Source of the DNA: a virus | Taxonomy: Duplodnaviria > Caudoviricetes | Strand: one strand, 5' to 3' | Length of the DNA stretch: 55,879 bases | IMG/VR virus record: IMGVR_UViG_3300018079_000013 | Coordinates: 1-55,879 of that record | In this document: one piece after another, positions 26,892 to 36,871 of the stretch | Layout: each line of letters starts with the position of its first letter | How positions within the stretch are numbered: the first letter of the stretch is position 1 | Notes under the pieces: model-generated | What the model was told of the DNA's origin: nothing | The model's input: the letters and a program-made list of their open reading frames with translations, nothing else | The model's database searches: none | Made by a program: the position numbers and the translations under genes

Positions 26892-29800
26892 ATGGCAATG
26901 CGTATGGGCGAACTGATGGTCGTGGTTCGCGCTCAGGACTTCGCCTCACGTACTCTTAGACGTGTAGGTGCGGAAATGGGCCAGCTATCACGCGCCCAAC
27001 GCATTGCCGCTGCTCAAACGAATATCGCGTTTCAGAAGTCGGCTGCACTGGCGCGAGTAGCCGAAGCCGAATCGATGATGCGCAGAGTGCGCTACATCGA
27101 AACCGGCCGGGCGATGAAGCAACAATTATCTGTTGCGAAACAATTACAAGAGTCCGAAAGTAAGATCCGTGGGCCTGGTGGGAGATTCAAAGCAGGCATA
27201 AAACAAACGGACATTCGAAACTGGCAGAACGCTACCGCCGCAGCAAACGCCTATGGTATCACAAACAAGAATCTTGCATCGACGGTACGTGATCTCGACC
27301 CCTTAGTCACCAAGTTCGATCAACGTATTGCGAACATGCCCGTAGGTTTGCAACGGGCCGCACAGAGTACAGGCGCATTTGGTAATGCCTTGTATAAAGC
27401 GAGGCGAAACCTCGATCTTGCCTACGCGGGTTTAAGTAGGGCGCAACAGGCAGAGCTAGCCTTTAATCAGGCTATGCGCGCCATGCCGATTCAGCGCTTA
27501 CATGAAGTCGGTCATGCTTTGTCGGGTATCGGGCGAACCTTGCAGTTGTTCGGTGCTATTGGTACAGCCGCATTTGGCCTTGCAGCCGTTCAAGCTGCCA
27601 ACTTCAGTAAGAATGTTTCCCTTGCAGCCACGCAGATGACGCGAATCGGCGCAGGCACGAATGAAGCTGTAGCAAACGCGGCAGAGCTAAGTGATGAGCT
27701 TCTTAAGCTATCTAAGGACTTTCCGTTTGCTGCCTCAGAAATGGCCGATGCAGTTTATGAGATTTTCTCGGGAACTAACGTTCAGCGTATTGATCAGGGA
27801 GTTAGTTTGCTAGAAGCCTTCGCCCGTGTGGCGGTTGCTGGTCAGGTCGATATTCAGACTGCTACTAAAGCTGGCATCATCGTTCTGAATAACTTCCGTG
27901 GTGCAGGCGAGGATGTAAGCGGGACGCTCAATCGGATGTTCGCGATCGTGCGATTTGGCTTTATGCGTTTCAGCGACTTCGCAACAATGCTGCCAAAGGT
28001 AGCTGCTGCGGCTTATGGTTCCGGTCAGTCCCTCGACGATATGGCCGGAATCATGGCCTTCCTTACGCGGCGAACGGGCGACGCAAGTATAGCAGCTACG
28101 CAGATTTCACGAGTTTTTGATCTGTTCGCTCGGAAAGAGTTCGAAACTGGATTGCATAAGATCAATTCGGAGTTCAAAGGCATGCGTGACGTGGAAGGCA
28201 AGTTGCTTCCTCTGCCGGAATTACTTGGGAACATTATGAAGGCATTTCCTGAACTTGCGAAAGGCGGGAAATCTCTGGAGCGGTTCATTCAGACCGTTAC
28301 TCGTGCTACCGATCCAAAAACGAAGGGACTTCTCTCTACGGCAGAGGCACGTAGATTCTTCCGTTTCGTATTTCGTAATTTTAAAGAGTATGCGATGTTG
28401 CAGAGAAAAGCCGTTGCGGATAACGGGGAATTCCAGCGTTCTTTTGAAACTATGATGAAGACCCCTGGAGTTCAATGGGACATCTTCGTTAATCGAATAA
28501 AGGTCGGTATTGTCGTTATTGGTAATGCTGCTATTCCCGTGTTTGCGAACATGGGTAGAGCTATTGCGCGATTTCTTGACTGGTGGGAGCAGCTCGATAA
28601 GGGTACAAGAAATACGATAGTTAAATGGGGAGTGCTCATTTCTGTGGGAGCACTTGTCACAGGTGTTCTAGCTAGTATAATCGGTGCTCTTATATCATTG
28701 GCACTGATGTTTGGAGGAGCCGCATTTAATATAGGAAAGTTTATTGCCGGTTTGTTCGGAATAAATAAAGCTCTGTTCGCAATGAGAGGTGGATTACCCG
28801 CTCTCTTACTGCTTACTCGACTTGTTGGCTTTCTTTCAGCCATCGGTGTCATAACTCTCGCTCTCAAAGTCGCTTGGACGGGTCAGGCTACGGCGATCGA
28901 TTTCATTATGGGTGCGATTGCAGGAGCCGGTGCCGGATTCTTACTCGGTGGGCCTCCTGGTGCAATCGTAGGAGCCATTACCGTTCCTGTCCTACTTAAG
29001 TGGATAGCCGATGAGAGAGGAAAAAGCGCCGCTGATGTAGCTTTCGATAAATTGCAGGAGAGCCAAGGGGGCAATCCCTCTTTCTTCGAGGCGCTGATGG
29101 GGAGTCCTAGTGATTTTTTGAAATGGTCACAAGACGCCGGAAAAACTATGGTTGTAGGACGGCAGGAGTTCGAGCGACAATGGAATGAGTTGGTGAAGTT
29201 TACGAAGAGTAAGTCTCCTATAGCGGGTCTGGATCGTGACGTAATGAAATTCCATCCGAAAATTGTTAAACTATTCAATGCTTATCAGGCTGGTATCGAT
29301 AAATCTGACAAAAGTGCTAAGAACAACGTCGAAACGTGGGATCAAGCTATGAAGCGTATAGACAAACTAATCAAAATGGGAAAGGGTGGCATTGTAGGTA
29401 AGTTGGTTCAGGATTTGCTTGCTGATGCTGATGAAAGTTTTGACGCCCTTGAAGATACCACTGTGCAAAGAGCACAGCAGTTGCAAGATGTTATAAAGCA
29501 GACAACGCAACAGGCTATGGATTCGTTGCGCAGCTTGTACTCGCAATTGCTTTCTGAAAACGAGCAGGCATTTGGTGCACTATTCCAAGGGCCGTGGCTT
29601 ACATCGCAGACGTTCGATCTTGCAAAGGAATGGGGTATCACTCCACGCATCCAGGACATTATTCGCGATCTAGATGAACAGATCGAGCAATTCCGTCAGC
29701 GACGTAAAATGATCGACACGCTATTCAAGCGTGGTTTGCCACAAGGATTCCTCGATGAGTTGCGCACAATGGACGCTGAACAGGCCATGCCGCTGTTGAA

Positions 29801-30293
29801 AGAACTTGTTAGTGCAACTCCGAAGCAGACACGCAATCTTGTTGCGAAACTTAATCGAGCAGAGAAGGATATCAAAGCTGCTACTCAGCTAGATTTTACT
29901 CGTGAGATTGAAAGCTTCCGCAAGGCAGGAACGAACATGGGCGAAGCAATCATCAACGGTTTCCAGAGTGCCGGTGTCGGTGCATGGTTCGACGGATGGA
30001 TCAAAGCGACCTTCCCCGACCTCATTAATGCCGCCGTAGCACAAGCTGTGAAAGACTGGAAAACGCAGAATCCTAAGACGGTTGCCCCACCACTTGCGCC
30101 TCCACCACCTCCAATACAACCACCGATACAGCCACGGGGAAATACCACAACTACCACAACCCATACCGATAACTCCAAGACAGCGAACATTCATGTTGGC
30201 GGAGGTTATGAGCCTTACTCACCTAGAAACCCAACAGATGAACTACGTAGGGCAGCTTTTATTGCTCGTAACATTCCTTGGTGGAGTAGATGA
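26892..30293 (+). CDS. Tape measure protein
   Basis: 1133 aa, Ala/Gly-rich helical, TP901-like core and hydrophobic segment. Confidence 0.92.
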   Translation: MAMRMGELMVVVRAQDFASRTLRRVGAEMGQLSRAQRIAAAQTNIAFQKSAALARVAEAESMMRRVRYIETGRAMKQQLSVAKQLQESESKIRGPGGRFKAGIKQTDIRNWQNATAAANAYGITNKNLASTVRDLDPLVTKFDQRIANMPVGLQRAAQSTGAFGNALYKARRNLDLAYAGLSRAQQAELAFNQAMRAMPIQRLHEVGHALSGIGRTLQLFGAIGTAAFGLAAVQAANFSKNVSLAATQMTRIGAGTNEAVANAAELSDELLKLSKDFPFAASEMADAVYEIFSGTNVQRIDQGVSLLEAFARVAVAGQVDIQTATKAGIIVLNNFRGAGEDVSGTLNRMFAIVRFGFMRFSDFATMLPKVAAAAYGSGQSLDDMAGIMAFLTRRTGDASIAATQISRVFDLFARKEFETGLHKINSEFKGMRDVEGKLLPLPELLGNIMKAFPELAKGGKSLERFIQTVTRATDPKTKGLLSTAEARRFFRFVFRNFKEYAMLQRKAVADNGEFQRSFETMMKTPGVQWDIFVNRIKVGIVVIGNAAIPVFANMGRAIARFLDWWEQLDKGTRNTIVKWGVLISVGALVTGVLASIIGALISLALMFGGAAFNIGKFIAGLFGINKALFAMRGGLPALLLLTRLVGFLSAIGVITLALKVAWTGQATAIDFIMGAIAGAGAGFLLGGPPGAIVGAITVPVLLKWIADERGKSAADVAFDKLQESQGGNPSFFEALMGSPSDFLKWSQDAGKTMVVGRQEFERQWNELVKFTKSKSPIAGLDRDVMKFHPKIVKLFNAYQAGIDKSDKSAKNNVETWDQAMKRIDKLIKMGKGGIVGKLVQDLLADADESFDALEDTTVQRAQQLQDVIKQTTQQAMDSLRSLYSQLLSENEQAFGALFQGPWLTSQTFDLAKEWGITPRIQDIIRDLDEQIEQFRQRRKMIDTLFKRGLPQGFLDELRTMDAEQAMPLLKELVSATPKQTRNLVAKLNRAEKDIKAATQLDFTREIESFRKAGTNMGEAIINGFQSAGVGAWFDGWIKATFPDLINAAVAQAVKDWKTQNPKTVAPPLAPPPPPIQPPIQPRGNTTTTTTHTDNSKTANIHVGGGYEPYSPRNPTDELRRAAFIARNIPWWSR

Positions 30294-30793
30294 TAACGAA
30301 ATTCGAAATACGTCCTGTGTCGGGATCACCTGTCGAACTGAACCTTATGACAGGTGGAATCCCTATCTATCCATTGAACGTGTGCGACATCTTTACGAAC
30401 ATGGATACGAAAGAGTTTAAGCGCATGGCTGCGGCAGGCGAGTGGCCGTCGTTCAGCTACCCCGGTGCGTTAACTGCCCACGTAGAGGGGAAAATTGTCG
30501 GTGCGGGAGCAACCGACGCGCTAGCTTCAGCCGACTACGTAACGAAACGCCTTGCATTACTCGATGCTGTTCTTCCACCAATTCAAGCACTCACGTCCAG
30601 AAAGCATGCTGTACTTAGGTGTCGGCTAGACGGTATGACCGAGGATGCAGATACCGATGTAATTGTGACACAGGTTCAGATTCCAATGGTAGCTCTTTTT
30701 CCCGCAATCAGTGAATTTATGATTACGTGGAAGGGTTTCAACCCGTATTTTACTGGCGTAACGACTCCAACCAATAAGTACCAACTTGGCTAG
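30290..30793 (+). CDS. Distal tail-like minor tail protein
   Basis: Directly after TMP; ends with NPYF. Confidence 0.6.
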   Translation: MITKFEIRPVSGSPVELNLMTGGIPIYPLNVCDIFTNMDTKEFKRMAAAGEWPSFSYPGALTAHVEGKIVGAGATDALASADYVTKRLALLDAVLPPIQALTSRKHAVLRCRLDGMTEDADTDVIVTQVQIPMVALFPAISEFMITWKGFNPYFTGVTTPTNKYQLG

Positions 30794-32084
30794 TTGGGAA
30801 GTCCGATTCCTCGATGCGGATACACCGAACAAGGTGTACACCGGACGCTTCATGGCTGAGAATCTGACCTATGAAATCATCAATAGCGACGATGGTGGTA
30901 TCACTTGTGAGTTGCCATTGAGCGCCACACGCACTGATCTTCCCACTGTGGGCATTACTCGTGATTCCTTCGCGCCTAAACGCTCTCATTGGGAACTGTG
31001 GCGAACTGGGTCAAGTGGCGTTGCGAAGGAACTAGGTAGCGGTATAGTCACGTCCGTCAACTTAAACAAGGATCGAGATACCATCCTAATGTCGGGACGC
31101 GACTGGCTATGGTATCTCAAACAACGTATCTATCCGTTCAATCCCGAAGCATATGTGACTTTTGATCCCAATGAAGCACATCATTATTGGGACAAATGGC
31201 CGAAACAATGGCCTGAAGGAACACCTGGAAATACAGCTCCCGTGGATCTAACAATTATCGTGCGCGATCTAATTCGCGCTATGCGGGTTGCAAGGCCAGT
31301 CGATCCTCAAACAGGTTGGCCGCTTTCTGGTATCCCCAATCCTGCACCGGGTGTTCCTGATATCACATTCAATGCACCCAACACAGGAGTAACGTCAAAG
31401 TACCAGATATTTCCTGGCGATCAGACTACGATCTACGATCACATCAATACACTTTCAGAGCGTTTCGATGGTTTCGAGTTCGACATTGATCCAATATCTC
31501 TTGAGTTCAAGATGTGGTCGCCTCGACGTGACAATTCATCGGGATTCCCGGAATATATCATCAAAGTGGAAGACCTTGCGACGTTTGATCCCAACATTCC
31601 TGCTCAACAGCAAATCCTCGAAGGCTATGGGCAAATCATAGAGTTCGACTGGACTAACGACGGGCCTGACGGTACATACCTTCTAGGACTTGCTACACGA
31701 GATCATAGAGTTGGTCGCGTCTGGACAGACATTGATAACGTGAATGAGTTCGGTCGTCTCGATCTTGTTTATGACTATGGATCAATTAAGGATACCACGA
31801 GTATCTTGCAAATGCTCAAGGATCAGAACGACCTGCATCCACAGAAGAAACTAGGAATCACATTTCTAAACCCTGAATTCCTTGTACCAAGCATGTACAC
31901 AGGTGGAAGACCGCGTTCACTAATGGGCGCTATGATCTTTGTGCTACACGACTTCACTCCTTATCACAAAGTGAACGCATACTTCCGTATCAATCAGATC
32001 GGATGGGTAGTCGATAGTTCATCGAACGAGAAAGTTACTTGGGGACTTGAAATGATTTACGAACCTACTCTGCCTGGATCATAG
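30786..32084 (+). CDS. Minor tail / baseplate hub protein
   Basis: Synteny; G.VTS, GRDWLWYL..R, GFEFDI. Confidence 0.7.
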   Translation: MASWEVRFLDADTPNKVYTGRFMAENLTYEIINSDDGGITCELPLSATRTDLPTVGITRDSFAPKRSHWELWRTGSSGVAKELGSGIVTSVNLNKDRDTILMSGRDWLWYLKQRIYPFNPEAYVTFDPNEAHHYWDKWPKQWPEGTPGNTAPVDLTIIVRDLIRAMRVARPVDPQTGWPLSGIPNPAPGVPDITFNAPNTGVTSKYQIFPGDQTTIYDHINTLSERFDGFEFDIDPISLEFKMWSPRRDNSSGFPEYIIKVEDLATFDPNIPAQQQILEGYGQIIEFDWTNDGPDGTYLLGLATRDHRVGRVWTDIDNVNEFGRLDLVYDYGSIKDTTSILQMLKDQNDLHPQKKLGITFLNPEFLVPSMYTGGRPRSLMGAMIFVLHDFTPYHKVNAYFRINQIGWVVDSSSNEKVTWGLEMIYEPTLPGS

Positions 32085-32951
32085 ATGCCACTTCGTCGTA
32101 AAACAGTTGCTCCTCAAACCGAAAATGCGGTACTTGCTGAACGTGTATCTAAACTTGAAAAAGAACTACGCACGATAAGACAAGCTGGCCCTACAACAAT
32201 CCAAACGGTTGATACGGCAAAATATCTTGATCCCGCTCAAGGTGAAGTGTTTCTCAACTGGCCCGGTACACATAAAACAGCCGAGCCTACCGATCCAATT
32301 CAATACCTGCATGATGGAGCATTAAAAGGAATCGGTGGTGCTACTCCTCAAGTTTGGGCATTCTGTTCAACTGAAAACTCTGGTTGGGAATCTGCTGATA
32401 ATTCCGCTGAAACCGAAGTAGACTACTATCGGATTTTTCTTTCGGATACCGCAATTTCAGCAGACTTTTTTGGGTTCGATGTTGAAACTGCTGGTGGGCA
32501 GTTTGGTGATGATCGAGGCTTTCTTGTTATGAAGCAATCTGGAATCTACACGTTTACTCAACAATTGCTCACTAGTGATCTGATAGACGAAACCGACTGG
32601 ACTTATCAAACGCGTCTTGCATGTATAACTGGAAATGCGATTGGTAACTTCGGGGCAATTGCAGGCGTTACAGGTGCATTTCCCGGACAGATAGGTACGA
32701 TCCCTTATATACAGAACCGCGAGCAATTTCGCATTTCTGAAGCAGGTGGAGATGACGTGTGGCTAACTCACTCGTGGACTTTACCAATTCGACATCCTAG
32801 CCCCGGAAATGGTCGGCACTGTGCTCGTATGAGGATGTTTCATACCACCCCTAGTGCCTTCTGGACAATACGTGTTTGGGTGACTAGAAATGGTGATCTA
32901 GATTGGGATGGCGATGCTTTTTCAGGGGCGAACGCCACGTGGAGCGTCTAA
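32085..32951 (+). CDS. Minor tail protein (possible receptor-binding)
   Basis: N-terminal coiled coil and beta-rich C-terminus with SGIY. Confidence 0.6.
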   Translation: MPLRRKTVAPQTENAVLAERVSKLEKELRTIRQAGPTTIQTVDTAKYLDPAQGEVFLNWPGTHKTAEPTDPIQYLHDGALKGIGGATPQVWAFCSTENSGWESADNSAETEVDYYRIFLSDTAISADFFGFDVETAGGQFGDDRGFLVMKQSGIYTFTQQLLTSDLIDETDWTYQTRLACITGNAIGNFGAIAGVTGAFPGQIGTIPYIQNREQFRISEAGGDDVWLTHSWTLPIRHPSPGNGRHCARMRMFHTTPSAFWTIRVWVTRNGDLDWDGDAFSGANATWSV

Positions 32952-32957
32952 CGAATA

Positions 32958-33359
32958 ATGAGAACTCCTGAAATTATCCTCATAACGGCGGCGATCCTTT
33001 TGGGCGTCTTCTACGGGCTACCTGCGATAATGGAGCGTAGAGGTTCACTCTGGAAAGATATGGCAGAAGAACGAGAAGCCGCTTTGAAGGAAGCACAGCA
33101 ACGAGAGAAGGAAGCACTTCAGCGCGTGCGCGAGCTAGAAATTCTTACCGATTTAAGTGCCTTGCAGAAAGATGTCTCGGAAGGCCGTGAACAAGCAGTT
33201 CTAGTTGTAAAAGCCGAGATTGCAAGCATTCAGAGATCAATCGTGGAAACAGAAGAGCGCATAGTGTCAAGCCATGAAGCTCACGAGCAACGAGCACAGG
33301 AGCGACATGAAAAAATCCTTAAAGCGTTCGATGCAGTAACAAAGAGGCTAGAGACATGA
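32958..33359 (+). CDS. Membrane-anchored coiled-coil protein (lysis-associated)
   Basis: N-terminal TM plus coiled coil, before the lysis genes. Confidence 0.6.
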   Translation: MRTPEIILITAAILLGVFYGLPAIMERRGSLWKDMAEEREAALKEAQQREKEALQRVRELEILTDLSALQKDVSEGREQAVLVVKAEIASIQRSIVETEERIVSSHEAHEQRAQERHEKILKAFDAVTKRLET

Positions 33360-33474
33360 CAGCTTTTAATCAATGTTTCCTATTTCTAGGCAATCCTAAC
33401 GGGGGTGTTGAGGATTTTTCTTACCTTAAGGGAGAAATGTCCTTGGAAGCCGAGAATAAGGAAGGAAAGACTGT

Positions 33475-34104
33475 ATGAAAAATTTATGGGTAGATGCAGG
33501 TAACGATCCAGATTTCAATAAAGGTGACCAGCATAAAATTGATGGTTACTTCCTAGCAATGTTCGACTCACGCACGACACTCACTCAACTCCAAGCTATC
33601 AAGGCTAAGGGACATACCTGTGGAATCTATATGGTAACGAACTGGCCGCAGTTCGTTGGAAAAAGCCCCACTGAGATTGCAGCGATCGTGAATAGCGAAT
33701 TTCAGCGCGTTCTCCTCTCAGGACTCCGCGTGCAGTTTGATATGGAGGAGCATGATCCAGAGAAGATAGCTACTGTTCTTGAGGAGTGGCGAAAACTACA
33801 ACCAAAAATCAACACATCTTGGACGATGGAAAGTTTTCAGGGGGGGTGGATGTCACCTAGTTTCGTGTCTCGTATGCTAGCATGTAAGGTAAGAATCGTA
33901 CCTCAGTTCTATAAGGGCAACATGGGCGCTGTCGATGACCCCTGGGGATTGCTAGCCGAACAGGTGGCTCAGGACATGGCACTCCGCGATCTCACTCGAC
34001 GAGGCTTTCCTGAGTCTCTTGTTACCGGGTTCTATGATGCAGCTACGTTGCCTCAAGGAACGCCCTGGGATGGATTTGCATTTACCCAAGGTAGACTGCC
34101 ATAA
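33475..34104 (+). CDS. Putative glycoside-hydrolase-like protein
   Basis: G...GIY, VQFDMEEH, IVPQFY beta/alpha pattern. Confidence 0.45.
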   Translation: MKNLWVDAGNDPDFNKGDQHKIDGYFLAMFDSRTTLTQLQAIKAKGHTCGIYMVTNWPQFVGKSPTEIAAIVNSEFQRVLLSGLRVQFDMEEHDPEKIATVLEEWRKLQPKINTSWTMESFQGGWMSPSFVSRMLACKVRIVPQFYKGNMGAVDDPWGLLAEQVAQDMALRDLTRRGFPESLVTGFYDAATLPQGTPWDGFAFTQGRLP

Positions 34105-34118
34105 CGACAGGAGGGAAT

Positions 34119-34931
34119 GTGCCACTAACACCCGAGCAGGTTCCATACACCGGCCCGTATGGATTATCAACAAGCTCCTTCAAATCGAAAGGCCCAACAG
34201 CGGAAGCTATCAAGCGGGCAATGGGGCATCTTAAGTTGCTTCCGTGGGGAGACTACGATCAACATTGGAATCTCTCTCTGTGGGAAGCCTTTGCGGACTG
34301 GAAGCAATCGGTCGGACTAGTTCACGATGGTAGTTATGGCCCGAAGGCGTGGGAAAAGCTACGTGCCGCAACATACAAAAAGGATGGCAAGACGCTTTAT
34401 GCACTCGACCCTTATGCACGTAGACTGATCCAGAATGAAGCCGGAGTAGTTGCACAGTCGAAGGAGGAGGAGAAAGTACAAGCTGCGCTAGCAGAATGGG
34501 GCTACGCGATTATCGCTAATGAGCCTGACATCAGCTATTCAATGGATAGGCCGGTAGATGTAAATGTCGATCCCAATAGCAAATTTACTTCTGATTGTTC
34601 GGGCACAGTCATTCAAGCATACGCATATGCGAAGCGAAAGACCAATCTCAAAGTGCCCGATCCGTCAAAACAAAACTACAGCGGAGCAGGCAATACCGAT
34701 TGGTTCGAAGACGATCACCCGAAGGTAACCGGACAGTATCGCGTCGGTGATCTAGCTCACTTCGAAAGTTCACGTCACGTAATTATGTGCATCAAGCACG
34801 GCGATTACAAAACCGCGGAATGGGTTTCACATGGTTGGGATGGTGGGCCTAATCCGGTGATACTCGCAAAGTACCCTAGATACCCAAGCGAGTTCTTGTT
34901 TGTAGTTCGTCCACCACTATTGGAGGTTTAA
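34119..34931 (+). CDS. Endolysin: peptidoglycan-binding domain + NlpC/P60-type peptidase
   Basis: GL..DG.YGP..W..L; SDCSG ... GDL..F...HV...SHG. Confidence 0.8.
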   Translation: MPLTPEQVPYTGPYGLSTSSFKSKGPTAEAIKRAMGHLKLLPWGDYDQHWNLSLWEAFADWKQSVGLVHDGSYGPKAWEKLRAATYKKDGKTLYALDPYARRLIQNEAGVVAQSKEEEKVQAALAEWGYAIIANEPDISYSMDRPVDVNVDPNSKFTSDCSGTVIQAYAYAKRKTNLKVPDPSKQNYSGAGNTDWFEDDHPKVTGQYRVGDLAHFESSRHVIMCIKHGDYKTAEWVSHGWDGGPNPVILAKYPRYPSEFLFVVRPPLLEV

Positions 34932-35126
34932 GTGCTTTCACCATACATTAAGGCTACTTCAGCCGGAGTTGCTGCTGCAATCGCAGCCCTAATCGCCGGT
35001 ACAATGGACAACTCAAGTATCTCACTGTATGAAGGTCTTGTTGCTCTTGGTGCTTTCGTTGGAATTTGGAATACAACGTTCTTCGTTCCGTACTCTCCAC
35101 TTAACAACAACCTGGAGGGGCCATGA
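34932..35126 (+). CDS. Holin
   Basis: Two TM helices, after the endolysin. Confidence 0.7.
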   Translation: MLSPYIKATSAGVAAAIAALIAGTMDNSSISLYEGLVALGAFVGIWNTTFFVPYSPLNNNLEGP

Positions 35127-35209
35127 ACGTTGATGTCACCACCGTGCTAATTGCAGCTATCGCGGTTATGCTGTTTGTCGCAATGATTTCTGACTCGATC
35201 ACGTTCTAG
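35123..35209 (+). CDS. 28-aa membrane peptide
   Basis: GGAGGGG RBS, ATGA overlap, hydrophobic. Confidence 0.5.
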   Translation: MNVDVTTVLIAAIAVMLFVAMISDSITF

Positions 35210-35224
35210 ATAGCACAGAAGTGT

Positions 35225-35295
35225 CGGTGCCTTTCGTCCGCTTTCGGGCACCGCGCCGAAGGGGGTACGGTGTTTTCTCTCCTGCACCGTACCCC
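35225..35295. terminator. Twin hairpins between convergent operons
   Basis: CGGTGCC/GGCACCG and GGGGTACGGTG/CACCGTACCCC stems at the convergence point. Confidence 0.6.
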
Positions 35296-35484
35296 CTATC
35301 CACAGCCTTCGATTTCTCTGCCAAGTTTATCGATATCACCATTTCGATTTGCTTGATTGTCGATCCGCTGTTGAATTTTATAACGACGCTTCTGCTCCAC
35401 ACTAATCCGTCGTTTAAGTTCTTCTCTATAGCCAGAAACAGTTGCGAGCCATTCGCGCGCAAGGAAATATTCTTCGCGTGTCAC
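35296..35484 (-). CDS. Hypothetical coiled-coil protein
   Basis: Coupled ORF. Confidence 0.55.
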   Translation of the reverse strand: MTREEYFLAREWLATVSGYREELKRRISVEQKRRYKIQQRIDNQANRNGDIDKLGREIEGCG

Positions 35485-35948
35485 ACCAATTTGAACGTTA
35501 GATCATTGATATCCGCGTACTGCGATCCCTCTTTGAACGCCAACCAGTGCAGCAAATGACGTTGCGCATCACGGCCATGTGGCGTTCCTCTTTGATACAC
35601 GCCTATTTCTCTTAGTGCTTCATCAGACCAGTATCCTTTGCCTGTTGAAGCGCTTTGCTTGTAAAACCCCACAGATGGGTACTTCTCCTGAACGAGTTCT
35701 ATCACGCCAATTAACTTCACCGGGTACAGATTAAGACCCGTCCTTGAAACATTGCGGTACTGGAAATCTTCGTACACGATGTGTAGATCATCCGCCAAGC
35801 GTAGTTCTATGGTGCGTTCAAGATAATTCTCCATTTCCAGCATCGATAGCTTACTCTGCTGTATCGATATTGCGAGCTGACGCTCATGGAAAATCGCCGT
35901 GCATAGCCCCGTTGTGACGCCTGGATCGATTGCAAGTATTGAAATCAC
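35481..35948 (-). CDS. ruvC: RuvC-like Holliday junction resolvase
   Basis: ILAIDPGVTTG, VYEDF, HGRDA. Confidence 0.8.
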   Translation of the reverse strand: MISILAIDPGVTTGLCTAIFHERQLAISIQQSKLSMLEMENYLERTIELRLADDLHIVYEDFQYRNVSRTGLNLYPVKLIGVIELVQEKYPSVGFYKQSASTGKGYWSDEALREIGVYQRGTPHGRDAQRHLLHWLAFKEGSQYADINDLTFKLV

Positions 35949-36259
35949 GTCGGCTCATCCGTGTCGCCTGAGTAGCGCTCATCGGGACTTTGAGCGCCGC
36001 TCTGCTCGGGCGATCCGGCAGCCGCGCTCGTGGCTCCGAGGCCCGGAGAACGCTCGGACGACTGCCCGTTCTCGCGCATATCCGCGTAAACGCGATCGGC
36101 TGCTTGCACGATCGAACACGAAAACTTGTCACGTGTTGCCAGAATAGCCAACCCTAGTTCTTCTGGATCGTTTTTGTCTCGTGTGTCCATCGACCGGATC
36201 ATAGCACGATATGCCTCCCGTAGTTCTTTCATGTATCTATCGAAAACGAAGCTAGCCAT
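35945..36259 (-). CDS. Hypothetical protein
   Basis: Coupled ORF. Confidence 0.55.
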   Translation of the reverse strand: MASFVFDRYMKELREAYRAMIRSMDTRDKNDPEELGLAILATRDKFSCSIVQAADRVYADMRENGQSSERSPGLGATSAAAGSPEQSGAQSPDERYSGDTDEPT

Positions 36260-36528
36260 TATTTTCCCCATACCGCCTCAACCATGTTGAGGAGTCGATC
36301 ACGTACTTGACGAGTATCCTTTAGAGCATCGTCATCGGAAGTACGAGAACCGCATGCTTCTCTCATAACTGCATCCCATATCGATACATCGAAAGTCATA
36401 TAGGAATCCGGTCGCGTACCAGGTTCGTATGGAATCCACTGATCAGGAGGAATCAGGAATCGATCTTGTTGCGTAATGTATACACGTACAAGACGTGCAG
36501 GTGGATCATGCTCAATATACACTTTCAT
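36259..36528 (-). CDS. Hypothetical protein
   Basis: AAGGTGG RBS. Confidence 0.6.
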   Translation of the reverse strand: MKVYIEHDPPARLVRVYITQQDRFLIPPDQWIPYEPGTRPDSYMTFDVSIWDAVMREACGSRTSDDDALKDTRQVRDRLLNMVEAVWGK

Positions 36529-36682
36529 GGTGTCACCACCTTTCTATATGATGTCCAGGTGATTTGGAAACCGACAACTCTTACTATGTGCCGTTCGTAC
36601 TTTCGCTTAACGTCGAAGTAACGATGAGCATGCGGCCCTGAAAGCGGGAAGGCAATGCCTACAGAGAGAAGATATGGCTTAC

Positions 36683-36871
36683 TCATTGCGCCTTGGCAGC
36701 TTGAACGGCAGTTTTCAATCCTTCCAAAAGTACCTTGGCCGCAACGGGTGCGTTACCATTGTGGATGATTAACCATTCAATTCCCTCTTCTGCTCTTTCC
36801 ATACTGAGCGTCTTTTTGTAAATTCTAGGCCCATATTCATTAGCATCCACGGTTACGATAAGATTTCTCAT
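36683..36871 (-). CDS. Hypothetical protein
   Basis: ATGA overlap with the polymerase stop. Confidence 0.55.
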   Translation of the reverse strand: MRNLIVTVDANEYGPRIYKKTLSMERAEEGIEWLIIHNGNAPVAAKVLLEGLKTAVQAAKAQ

